From the NCBI GenBank assembly GCA_013416795.1, contig RQSC01000026.1, positions 729,213 through 793,212 of the forward strand: a DNA stretch of 64,000 nt, in the 5' to 3' direction. Positions 19,771-30,435 of this stretch are shown piece by piece (within the stretch, counting starts at the first letter, position 1; every line of letters starts with the position of its first letter). Under the pieces are notes generated by a model that saw nothing but the letters and a program-made list of their open reading frames with translations, had not been told where the DNA came from and ran no database searches. The translations under genes and the position numbers were made by a program. This DNA comes from Prasinococcaceae sp. CCMP 1430 (taxonomy: Eukaryota; Plantae; Prasinodermophyta).

Positions 19771-19983
19771 TCCATTTTGACCCTGCTCTGAAGCGGCAGT
19801 GGCAGCTCGCGCGCGACGCGCGCAGCGACCGCCGTGCCCGTGCTGTAATATCCCCGTGTCAGGCGCCACGGACGTGCGGCGGCGCGTAGGGTGTACACGC
19901 GTGCACCGGCGCGAGGATCCGATGGTGTTTATTAGACTACAGTATATGTCTGCCTGTATATGGACCGCGGGATGTCATGGCGA

Positions 19984-22482
19984 TCAGCGGAGTGCGAACG
20001 CACGCGACACGCATTCCTCGTAGTCTGGTCGGCCGATGATATAGTCTTTGTATTCGACCCTTGTAAGGTCTGTTTTGACAGCTCCGAGCATGTCGGCCAC
20101 CGACGACGTGTCCACGAAGGGCTTAGCGCCGGCGGTAAAAGGGAACTCACGCGGCGGGCGCCAGCTGGGTTGGCCGCGCCAAATTTGTGTATATCCATGC
20201 GTCCACAACAGTTGGAGCACAGCGAAGGAGGTGGGCCTGTCGATGTGCGATAGGCGCGGTCGCTGTGTCAGGTGACGGACCACGTCCGTGGGTTGCGGGC
20301 GCGCGCGCGCAGCCACGCGCGGCATATCGAGCCGAAGGCGCACACACCTGTCGCCGGTCTCAAGTATGACCCAGCACGGCGGCTGTTCCGCGAGCCACGC
20401 AGTAGCAGAGCTTAGAGCCAAAAATTCCGAGTCCTCGACGTCGAACTTTGCCACTAGCACGTTTGGCCACTCAGACTGCGGAACGCGCGTGGTATGGCCT
20501 CCGTCGCCGCCTTCTGCACACGCCGCGCCGCGTAGGGCGTTGGCCAAGGTCGTAACGCCCGCGAGCGCTTTGGGCGGGCATCGATCCCTGGCAGTCATTG
20601 CCTTGCCATTGCGCGGGCCAAACATGCCTTGGCCGCCAAGATTGTTTTCGGTCTCAGTCGAAAAGCACACGCCGTCGTCTTTGCGTATCACTTGCACGCC
20701 CGCTGGCGAACTCATCGCGAACGGAAGTAGTTTGGTGATGCCGACGCTTGTAGCGGGGGGGGTACGAACAGGGCCGGTGGAAGAGGCGTGCCCTGTAGCG
20801 TTCGAAGATGCCGCATCCGCCGCGGCGATGAGTGCCATCTCCTTCGCCAGGCCGGCAGCGAGAACGTTGGCAGCCGCGACTGCTGCGTTCGACGCGAGCC
20901 CCTCGACGCCGAAGATCGGCACCTGTGGGGGCAACGCCGCGCGCAGTGGTGCCAGCCAATCGCCAATGTTGGTCCCGACGTCAAGGAATGCAGGCCCGCC
21001 GCACGCCAGACCTTGGGGCCAGCGCAGCCCTGTGGTCGGATCAAGCGTGCCGACATCATCAGCGAGTATTTCTTGGCCGTGCACTGCATCGGATCGCACA
21101 TCAATGCTGGCTTTTGCGTCCCCATGTCGAAGGCTTTCAGGTTCGCCCTCGTCGTTTGGGAACGGGGACGTAGCAGGAGCAGTGCGCTTGCGGAGCTTGG
21201 CTGCGGTCCGCGCGGCGTGCGCGAAGGCGCGCGGCACCCACGACCACAGATCTTTCTCCCATCTGAAGCCCGTCACAAATTCATTGCTCACCAAGTCATC
21301 TGCCCATGCGCACGTTTCGATGGCCGCCACCCGTGCTTGCTGGTAGCTCGAGCTTGCGGGCAGCGTGAGGTTTTGCGTGGCGCAATTGAGGGGACGGCTT
21401 TGAATCGCCGTGGCGATCGTGCGCAAGGCGCCAGGGCCGCCAGCAAGCGCGCGCGCCTGCGAGCAGAACGATCAAGGCAGCATTAGCAGTCACAGCAGTC
21501 ACACGAAAGGGGAGAGGGATAAAAAAATACGTCGATCGCGGGTGTGATCACACGGTGAATGGTGTTGCCAGTCAGCGCAGATTGCGGTGCCGCGCCGGTG
21601 CGCACGCATGAGAACGCTTTGCTTGACGAGGTGTACGCGCGCGCTTACCACGGACGACGCGTTGCCTCTCTCGGCGACGGCAAACGTCATCTGCGGAATG
21701 TTGGCATGAAAGGCATTGAAACGCTTGTCCCCGCCGCTGTACAGCAGCTGAGCCGGACCGTTGCGCTTGTCATCCACAATGGTGCGTTGGGCGAGCCGTG
21801 CAGTTGCCGCCAGCTGGTTGAGCTCCGCCACCGAGCTGCTCAGTGTGGCAGGCGTGAGGTCTATCCAGCCGTAGTCTGCTCGCACAACGTCCGTGTGTGC
21901 ATTCGCCGAGCGCATCGCGCCACGAGACATCCCGCGAATGCGATCAGCGCTGCTGCTGTCGCGGCGCGCCATCCCATGCCAACTCGCGGCCGTGCGGCCA
22001 GATGACAGATTGCCGGCGATACTCGTCTCGACGGTGCCAGCAAGCGCAAAGATCTCGCGCACCATGCGCACCCGTCGTGCGCGCTGCGCAGTGTCAAACG
22101 CGCGCACCTGCGCAGCACGCGCGACCACAGCGGCCGCGTGTTCGCGAGCGGTGGCGTTTTGCGCCGCGCCAACCGATGGACCAACTCTGGCCACAGTCAC
22201 GCTCTTCACTTGGAATGGCGTTGCAGCGCTGGGATCGGACGCCTTCTCGAGCGCGCGCGCGCTCGCATCGCCGAAGGGCGTCACGAAGAGGTCTGCCCGC
22301 GGCAGCGGGCGTCGGGATGCGGTGCCGCCAAGCAATGCCGTCCACGCGAATGGAAATGTCTCGGCGCCACCAGCAGCATCGGCGAGCAGCCCCCTACTCT
22401 CGCGTTGGTGCCCGCCCGCTCCTCGCGCCTCGCCTGCGAGCAGCACGAGCACGCCGCGCGCCGCTGCGCCCGCGGCCGCCAT
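19984..22482 (-). CDS. FkbM-family SAM-dependent methyltransferase with a long unknown N-terminal region (introns about 21457-21648 and 20237-20347)
   Basis: FLDVGTNIGDW (motif I), IFGVEG, NNLGG, VAKFDVEDSE, WVILE. The strong GTAAGC donor at 21648 joins the two ORFs in phase 0. Confidence 0.75.
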
Positions 22483-23079
22483 GCGCGCGCCCGCGCGCGC
22501 GCATCGCCGGCCAAGCCTGGCTCGCCCAGTGCCAGCCGCCACCGCAGCCTCAGGGTACCGAACGCGCGCCCGTCAGGGCGCGCGCACTGTGCCGCCTTCC
22601 CCTCAAACACACACCCTGCCCCACCCTCCTGGTACCAGGCACTGTCAACAGCGCGCTGTAATTTTTGGCGAACAGCCAATTTCCCGGCGGTGCGCGCGGG
22701 CGGGCGCCGGTGCGCCTGCGCGGGCGCCCGGCACGCGGGCACGAATCGGCGACCGGGCGGGGTGAGGACGCTCAGCAGCGCACCGGGCGTGCTCCGCACG
22801 TGCGCCTGCGGGCGGGCGGGTGGGTTAGGGGATGCGTGCGTGTGTGTGTGGTGTGTGGTGGGTGCGGCGCTGCGGCCGAGCGTGGGCGTGATGGAACGCG
22901 CAGAATTTATTTCGCGCGCGGGAAATTGCACGAGCCCTCCCAGGGGTGGGGGCGTGCTGGCTTGGGCGCCGCGCTCAGCGCGCCGATGACTGACTGTCCT
23001 CGGTGGCATGCTGTGACTCTGGCGAGGACTAGCACCAGACGGCTCTCGCCGTTTGCTCGGCGCGAGGCGGCGCGACGAG

Positions 23080-23901
23080 CTAGCGTCCGTCAGCTGACGA
23101 CGACGACGGCAACGGCGACGAAGATCCGGCGCTGCGTAGCATGGCGGCGATATCGCCGTGGCCATTCTCCTCGGCCACCTGCAGAGCCGTGGTCCCGTTC
23201 GAATCGCGCCTGGACGTGTCGGCGCCTGCTTTGATCAACACTTCCACGCATTCGCGGTGGCCACGCATGGCGGCCACTGCGAGGGCGCTGCACACATCAG
23301 GTAGGTCCTGATACCAAAATGGAGAATCGCCCGAATAATACGTCGCGTCTGCATTTTCTCCGCGTTCGAGAAAAAGCTGGACAACGTCCGACACGCCCTC
23401 ACGCGCCGCGGCTAGTATGAGGTCGTCAAAGTTTCCTCCAAACTGAGTAGACATGATCTGCTCGGTAAGCCGGCGCAGGATGTCCCGCGCCACGTCGCGC
23501 CCCTCACGTGCCATGCGCACGGCGGCCGCGTTGGATCCGAGCGCGCGCGTTGCGAGCAGCATCGCCCCGCGCACGTTCCCTGCCCGGGCTCTGAAATTGC
23601 CGGAGCCCCCGGCGACGTCGGCGTCAAACACCTCGGTCCCCGGGCGCGCGAAGCTGAACGATGCCTTGGCCGCCTTGCACAGTACATAGTCGATTTGATC
23701 GCCAAAGCCATCCTCCACGCGCCATGTCACGAGCCAGCGGACGGCGGCCCGCGCCGATTCGAGCTCAGCGCGTGCCGCACGCACAGCGGCCACTGAGACG
23801 CCAAGCGCCTGCGTAGCGAGCAAGAGCGCCTGGCGCGCGCGCTCCGCGCGCGTCGCGTCGTCGCCGCCACCCCGCCCCTGCTCCGCCACGCCAGCGGACA
23901 T
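23080..23901 (-). CDS. Ankyrin-repeat protein with a duplicated N-terminal helical motif
   Basis: LILAAAREGVSDVVQLFLERG, ALAVAAMRGHRECVEVLIKAGAD, NGTTALQVAEENGHGDIAAML. Confidence 0.82.
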   Translation of the reverse strand: MSAGVAEQGRGGGDDATRAERARQALLLATQALGVSVAAVRAARAELESARAAVRWLVTWRVEDGFGDQIDYVLCKAAKASFSFARPGTEVFDADVAGGSGNFRARAGNVRGAMLLATRALGSNAAAVRMAREGRDVARDILRRLTEQIMSTQFGGNFDDLILAAAREGVSDVVQLFLERGENADATYYSGDSPFWYQDLPDVCSALAVAAMRGHRECVEVLIKAGADTSRRDSNGTTALQVAEENGHGDIAAMLRSAGSSSPLPSSSSADGR

Positions 23902-24191
23902 GCCGGCGCACACGGAACCCAGGAGGCGCCTTGCGTCCGCGCGCTGAGCGCGTTGAGCGCGCAGACTGGCGCCCTCTGGCACGTCGCTCTGTATTTCTGC
24001 CAAACGAAACAGCCGCACAGATATCAAGCAGTGCCACACCGCGCTCCCCAGGCGCCCGCAAAAAGCGCGCGGCGGAGGGGAGGAAACCAGGGGTGCGCTG
24101 GGCGCGGGGGTTAGCCGTGCCCGTAGGACGCGCTTCCAACGCTGGAATCCAGGTTCGGTGGCGTGGCGGTGCAGGCACTCCTCTGCGCGTG

Positions 24192-24958
24192 ATGGCGCCC
24201 GCGGCGACCGCGAAGGGAGGCAGCGGCGCCGCGGCGTCGAAAGGGGATGCGGGCGGCACGTCTTCGCCGGCTGCAATGCCCGAGCCACCTGCGCTCTCTG
24301 ATATCCGTCGATTCGTCCTACCGCTCTGGGGTGGCTCGCTGTGCGCGCTTGTGTTGCTCGGCGGCCTTTCGCGCCTGCTGGTGGTGCTAGGCACATTTTC
24401 GGCGTGCGTGCTGTACCTGAACAACCCATACAACTCAACCGAAGGGCGCGAAGCCGCATGGAAGAAGCTTCATGAGGCGCGGGCCGCCTTTAAGGCCGCG
24501 AAGGTCGAGGGCATGGCCAAGGAGGGGAGGCGCCTCGGCCTATTGGGCAGCATGCTGGCGTCGCCGGTGAAGAGCGCCAACAGAGCACTCTCCAGAGAGA
24601 AGGTCATGCAGAACTATGTTTTCTTCTCGTGCGCGTATATCGGCGGCACGTCGGACGAGGCAGACACCGAGCACATGGTGCGTGTGGTTTGTCACCAGCT
24701 CTGCCAACAAGCGGTTGCTGCGACTGCGACTGACACAATGCGCTCATCCGCACGCCGTGCTCTGTCCGCAGGCAGTGGGGATCATGTCGCAGTGGTAAGG
24801 CCGTTCAGCCAGCCGCCAGCGCACTTGACCGCGTGCACGAGGGCGCGCGCCGCCGCGCGCTGACGCACCCCCACGCGCATATGTGCACATATAGGTACGT
24901 CTTCTCACTGCCCGCGACGAACGCGGCGATAGACGTGGCTTTCAACAAGCGCAAATAA
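24192..24958 (+). CDS. Membrane-anchored DUF4359-like protein (exons 24192-24677, 24772-24794, 24895-24958)
   Basis: Two hydrophobic segments, then LYLNNP...QNYVFFSCAYI...AVGIMSQWYVFS, resembling DUF4359 (TNP...RQNYLLFSIY...VGVFNNFY). The spliced frame closes cleanly at TAA 24958. Confidence 0.65.
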
Positions 24959-25081
24959 GCGGGGGGTTGCCTTCACGGCACCGCGCACCACGGAAAGAGT
25001 GAGCCCCAGGCAGAGATGCTGTGCACTGGGCCGCAGCTCGTAGCCCTATCATCTTGTAGTCTAGTCTACATGTTGTTACAG

Positions 25082-28000
25082 TCACATCAGGTCATTGACC
25101 GTGTCCATCTCCAGCTTGGGCGCCGGAGCCAGCTTGGGCTCCGACCTTGCGCGGCCCCCAGCCCCACTTCCAGCGAGCTTGAACGTGCGCGTCGGAAGCT
25201 CCGAGCCTTGCTCGTCCGCCAGGGCGTCCGCCTCGAGCACGAGGCGGCGTATCTCGCGGCGCTCGACCTCCTGCGCGCGCTCCGCCTCGCGCCGTGCCGC
25301 CACCAAGCTGGTGGCTGTGGGAATAGCAAGCAGTCCAGTCTTGCTTTTCCCCTTGATCAGGCACCTGAAATTCATCGTGCTCGGCGCCGTCGCGTCGGAC
25401 GCATCGCCGCGGGTCTGCGATCCCGCTGGCGCGGTCGGCCGCGTGGGACCGCCCTCCACGCCCGAAGCCATGCCGGCGATCGAGCTGGTGGAGGCAGTGG
25501 CTGCGTCCGCCATGCCCAACATGCCTTTGCCGAGGAAGCTGGCCATCTCGGCCTCAAATGCTTCCACATCCTCTGCGCTCGCCTGAGGGCGGCTGCGAAG
25601 GCGGGCCCCGCGCTCCTCGCGCTCCTCAAGCTCCCCATCGGAGCTGCTGCTGCCGTCGCTGCTGCTGTAGCCATCCATCTCGGCGTCCTCCGCGCCGCTG
25701 CCGTCCTCTTCCTCGCTCATGTCTTCGGCATCGCTCTCACCCTCATCGCTCGATCCGTCTTCAGCTTCCTGCGCAAACAAAAGGTCCATATTGTCGTCGT
25801 CGTCGGCATCGACCTCCTCGACGTCGGCATCCGCACGCGGGGCTTCCTCAGCGTCGAGCGCTTGCGCTGCGGCGGTGGCTTCCTCGAGGTTGACGAAGCG
25901 CACGAGCCGCGGGCGCAGGCGCTCGAAGACATCCTGCACGGCAAACTCAAGCTCAAAGGGCAGCTCATCCACGGGTAGCGGCTGCTCGGCTGGGTCCTCA
26001 GTAGCTGCACCTCCGTCCGCGTCGGCGCCGGAGGCCGTCAGCTCAGCCTGCGATGAGGATCGCGGTGCCCTCTGTTGCTGTCCGTCTTCCGCGGTCACTT
26101 CCTCATTCGCCCGTGCCTTGGCAAGCACATACTGTTGAAAGCGAACGATAAATGCGTCAACCGTCGTCCTGCCCTTGCGTGTCTTGTCGAGAGTCTCGCC
26201 GCACGCCCCCAAGAGGCGCAGGCACAGCCTCGCACGACCCCAATCCGTGGGAGGATCGCTGGTGGCTGCGTGCTTAGCGGCGCGCGCAGCGACTGCCATG
26301 GCCTCCTTCGTGGTGTCAACGCCCGGGTTCGCAGCGGATGCTGCGGCGGCGGCGGCCGCCGCCGCTGCGGCCGACGCGTGTCCCCAGGTGAGCAGCATGT
26401 TGAGCGTAGCGAAGATGAGGGGGGCTGGTACAACTTTGACGTTGTGCAGCTCTGCAAGCAGACCAGCCAGCGCGAGCTTGCGCTGCGCCAGCCGCGCGTC
26501 GTTGTCTTCCACCGCCTGGCGCAGCTCCTCCAGCACGCAGTCGACCACGCCGACGTGCAGCTCGGGCCGGTACAGCCGCAGCGTGGCCAGTGCCACTGCT
26601 GCCGCAGGCGCCGAGTGCGACCGTTGAACGACAGCCTCGAGCACGCACTCTTCCACGAGCTCGCCGCAGCGCGCCCAAGGCAAGCGTCGCACCTGCTTGA
26701 CAATGCGTGGCACCGCGCGCTTGCCTCTGCCGAGCCCCCCGATGACGAGATCGCGAACGTATAGCTCAAGTGGCGTGAGTGTCCTCACGCGCGCGACGGC
26801 CCGCTCCGGAGGGCGCGTAGCGAGCATTGCGGATTCGATGAGCGATGTGTGCCGCGACTCCAAGTTCCTCGCCGATGCGAGACGCTTGAGCTTGTCAAGG
26901 TTTTGTGCCATGCGCTCGGCCGACAGCGGCGTGAGGAGCAGGTAGCGTCCGCACGATTCAAGCAGAGCGCAGAGCACGTCGATGTTTTGCCCGGACAAAT
27001 CCCGCAGCAGCGCCTCCATGTGGCGGAGCACGTCAGATGGCGGCACGATGCCAAATTTCGCGAGCTCGCCCATGTAACGCGCATTCGCGAGGCGGTTCTC
27101 AATGCCATGCATGCCATCCACCGATGAGGTCGTGTGCCCCCTCGCCGCACGTCTGCGCGCAAAGTCGTGCTGCACCACATCGACCACGTGCATGGCCACT
27201 TCGGTGTAGTGCGGCGCGATGGTGGCCACGAGCCGCGCATAGTGTGCAGCGAGGTCGGGTCGGGAGCGCGGCACGGCCTCCAGTCGACGCGCCAGGCGCT
27301 TGCGACTTGCTTTCGTGCTCATGAGGCAGAATTCGACGGCCTTCTTGTCGACGTCCTCCCGCGTGCTCAGATCCGAGTCCAGCGTCTCCTCGAACGCGTC
27401 CATGCGCACGCACGCTTTGTCAAAGGTCGATGCACCATCATTATTTCCGTCGTCACTCGTGGCTGTTGCCTCGCCAGCCACGTCCTCGATTGTATTTCCG
27501 TCCTTGTCCTGCTCCCCCCCGCTCGGGGCCTTGCCCTTGCGCTCTTCGCCGAGCAGAGCGCCCGGCACGTGCGCTCGCAGCTCTAGCAGGTCCTGGTAGT
27601 AGGCGCGCTCGTATTCGTCGTCGAATGGGCCGAGCCTGTCGTCGCTGATGTCCGCCGCGGTGTGCCGCACGACACCCACGGTCCCTTGGACTTGTGCCGC
27701 CCCATCGTCTTGCGCGTCCTCCAGCGCTGGCACCGAGCGGCCCAGCACCTCTGCCAGCTTGCCGAGCGAGGACTGCAGCGCGTCAAACGCCTCACGAACA
27801 CGCAGGTATTTCTCTCGTTTCTCTTTGGACTGGTCGGCGCTGCCCGCTTTGATGGCGCTGCGCTCGGCGCTGACCTCCATTTGGCGCAAGGACCGGTAGG
27901 CATTCAGCAGCACCTCCTCCCTCCCATCCATGAACGTGCCGAGGGCGCTCAGCAACACCTGTCGCTGGTCCTCACGCACGATCACGAGCTTGCCGAAGAG

Positions 28001-29099
28001 CCCGTCGCCATCGGCGGCGCCGTCGTCTACGGCTCCAGTCGGGGCAGCTGAAACACCGTGTGTGCCGTCCCCGCGCTCGCCACTCTCGCTCTCCACGCTC
28101 CCGGCCCCGCACGCAGACTGCGCGGTGCTGTGCGCCTGCGGAGCCCCCGGCGGCGGCGGGGGCCGTTGCGGGATATCGAGGCCCAGGAAGGGCCACTGGC
28201 CCTGCTTGGCGAATGCCAGCACTAGAGCGAGTGCTTCGGCGGCCTCCTCTCCGTCCCAGGGCTCGCGCGGCTTGAGGAGGCCGCGAACAAGCCCAACGAG
28301 CCCCGACAGCGACGGCTCGACGCCCGAAGCGACTAGCTCACATAGCAGCCGCAGCGCCGACCTGCGGCGCGCCATCGTCGCATCAGCGGCATCATCCGAT
28401 TGACCGGCCGCGATCTTTTGCAGTCTAGAGGCCACCGCAGCGCCAAACCCCTCGTAGCGGCGGTGCAGGAGCCAGCACGCCCTCGCTGCCGACATAATGT
28501 CCGTGGATTTCAGCTTGGCATCGCACACCGCCACGGCGGCCTCGGGCACGTATTTCGACAAGTTGACCTTGGCGAGGTCCACGAGGGTCGCCGCCTCGGT
28601 GTCCTCGCTGATCTTGCTGAGCTTCTTTAGCGCGCCCGTGCATCGCTTAATGGAAGAGTCCAGGGTCTTGAGGAAGGCCTCCGAGGGCCGCTCGGGGGAG
28701 AGGTTCGCCGCGCGTGCCTCGCTGCGCACAGCAGCCGCCGTGACCGCGGCGGCGTAGCGCTCCTCCGCGGCGGCGCGCTCGGCCGCGGCGCGTTTCGCAG
28801 CCTCCTCAGCCTCGCGTCGCGCGGCCTCGAGCGCTTCAGCCTCGGCTTTGGCGCGCGCAGCGGCCTCTTTCTGCGCTCTTCGCTTGGCCTCCTCCGCCTG
28901 CGCGCGAGCTCGATCGGCCGCCGCGACGGCCTCATCAAACGCTGCCCCCTTCTTCCCGCCGCCGCCGCGCCCGCCGCTGCGCCCTCGCCCGGCCGCTGGA
29001 ACCCCAGCAGCCCCCGGGCCCCTACCACCTCCCCTGCCTCCCTTCACGCCTCGGCCCTTTCCCCGCCCCCCTCCGCCCTGGCCGCCGTCGCGGCCCCCA

Positions 29100-29134
<35 letters not shown>

Positions 29135-29305
29135 CGGCTGCCGTTGCTTCTGCCGCAGCGGGCCACCGCCGTCCGCCCTCCTCGCCTTATCGCCGTCACC
29201 CGCGCTCCCGCCGTCTTTCCTCCCGCCTCCGCGGCCGCCCGCGCGCCCCGCGGCGCGCCCGCCGCCTCCGCTGCTGCCCTCGCCGCCGCCGGGCACGCCG
29301 CCCAT
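25082..29305 (-). CDS. UPF2: Nonsense-mediated decay factor UPF2 (three MIF4G domains, acidic region), intronless
   Basis: LDSSIKRCTGALKKL, GPFDDEYERAYYQDLLEL, RLANARYMGELAKF...NIDVLCALLESCGRYL, C-terminal F..L.K...K motif. Confidence 0.95.
29102..29131 (-). repeat. (CAG)10 polyglutamine tract in the UPF2 N-terminus
   Basis: (CTG)10 on the + strand; encodes Q10. Confidence 0.95.
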
Positions 29306-29580
29306 CACAGCGGCCGGCGCCCGACCGATCGCCGGCGATCACTTGCCGCACCGGATGATACAAGCGCGGCGTTGCCGCGTCGCGCGGCCCGGGAGAAGGC
29401 ACGCGCCTGTGAAGGGGGAGCGGCGACGGGCAGGCAGGGAGGCACGCGCACCGAAGGCGCGCGTCTATGGAGAGGGGCGGCGGCCCGCCGCCCAGCAGGG
29501 TGGGTGGGTGGGGCGCGCGCGCGCTCGGGCCCCGCTGTGTGGCACCTTTCCCTCTCCTCCGGCCACCGAGTCCGAGATCG

Positions 29581-29690
29581 CGTGCTTTTTGACCTCATTA
29601 TCCGAATGCGCGTGCTTTTTGACGAGCGCGAAGGAAGGGGCTGAGGTGCACGTGCTTTTTGGTACGGGCCTGGGGCGCGTGCTTTTTGAC
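29581..29690. promoter_or_regulatory. Four copies of CGTGCTTTTTG upstream of UPF2
   Basis: Copies at 29581, 29611, 29651 and 29678; three continue as ...TTGAC. Confidence 0.6.
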
Positions 29691-30178
29691 GTGGCAGCGC
29701 GCGACGGTCCAAATGCGGCCGAAATTCGGCGGCAGTTCCCCGGGGCGCCGGGCCGGCGCGCACAAGGCGGCGCGGCGTCCGGCGGTCACCGCCTGGCCGC
29801 TCATCCTCATCTCTTCGGCGGCGGCGGACGCGGCGGCGGCCGCTTCGGCGGCGGCGGCGGCAGGTACTGACTCATTAGGAGCGAGCAAGAAACGCACTCT
29901 TTGTACACGACCACGACGCCCGCCGCGCCCACCGCCGCGCGCGAGCGATCCGCGCCTCCGCCTCGAGCGCCAGCACCGCCCCGACGACGCGCCTCCCACC
30001 CCCGCCCGGCCCCCCACACACGAGGGCAGCCGCGCCACGCACGCAGCTGGCTCCACCGAGGGGGTGGCCACACACAGGTGCCGACGCGCACCTGGCAGAG
30101 CATCCCACCCTCCCTTTCCCTTGAGCTGTTCCGTGGATGGGCCACGGACATTCCGGCTTTAGGCTGGGACTTAGTCTG

Positions 30179-30214
30179 TATAAACCCGGGTATTTCTATA
30201 TAAACCCGGGTATT
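30179..30214 (+). promoter_or_regulatory. Duplicated TATA-like element TATAAACCCGGGTATT (20-bp period)
   Basis: Copies at 30179 and 30199, about 230-260 nt upstream of ATG 30436. A similar TATATAAACCC lies at about 54326, upstream of the GFS12-like gene. Confidence 0.55.
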
Positions 30215-30435
30215 CCAAACCCTTACTCAGCGCGCGCGGAGGGTGCGCAGCGGCGGCGGCCGGCGGCCGGCGGCCGCCGGCTGCCGCAGGCCCGCCAGGC
30301 AAGGCGCCGCTGCGGTGTCGTCGTCGTCCGCCCCCGTCCGTGGCACCACCGCGCTGTGGCTCCTGCGGCGTCCGGTCCTGGGCGAAGAAACGGAGTGCCG
30401 AGTCAGACTGCTCCAGGGGAGCTCTTTCGCCAGTG

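Noticed and set aside
29598-30151. Small ORFs between UPF2 and the coiled-coil gene
   Set aside because: Low-complexity, no consistent coding bias or homology; kept only as possible uORFs.
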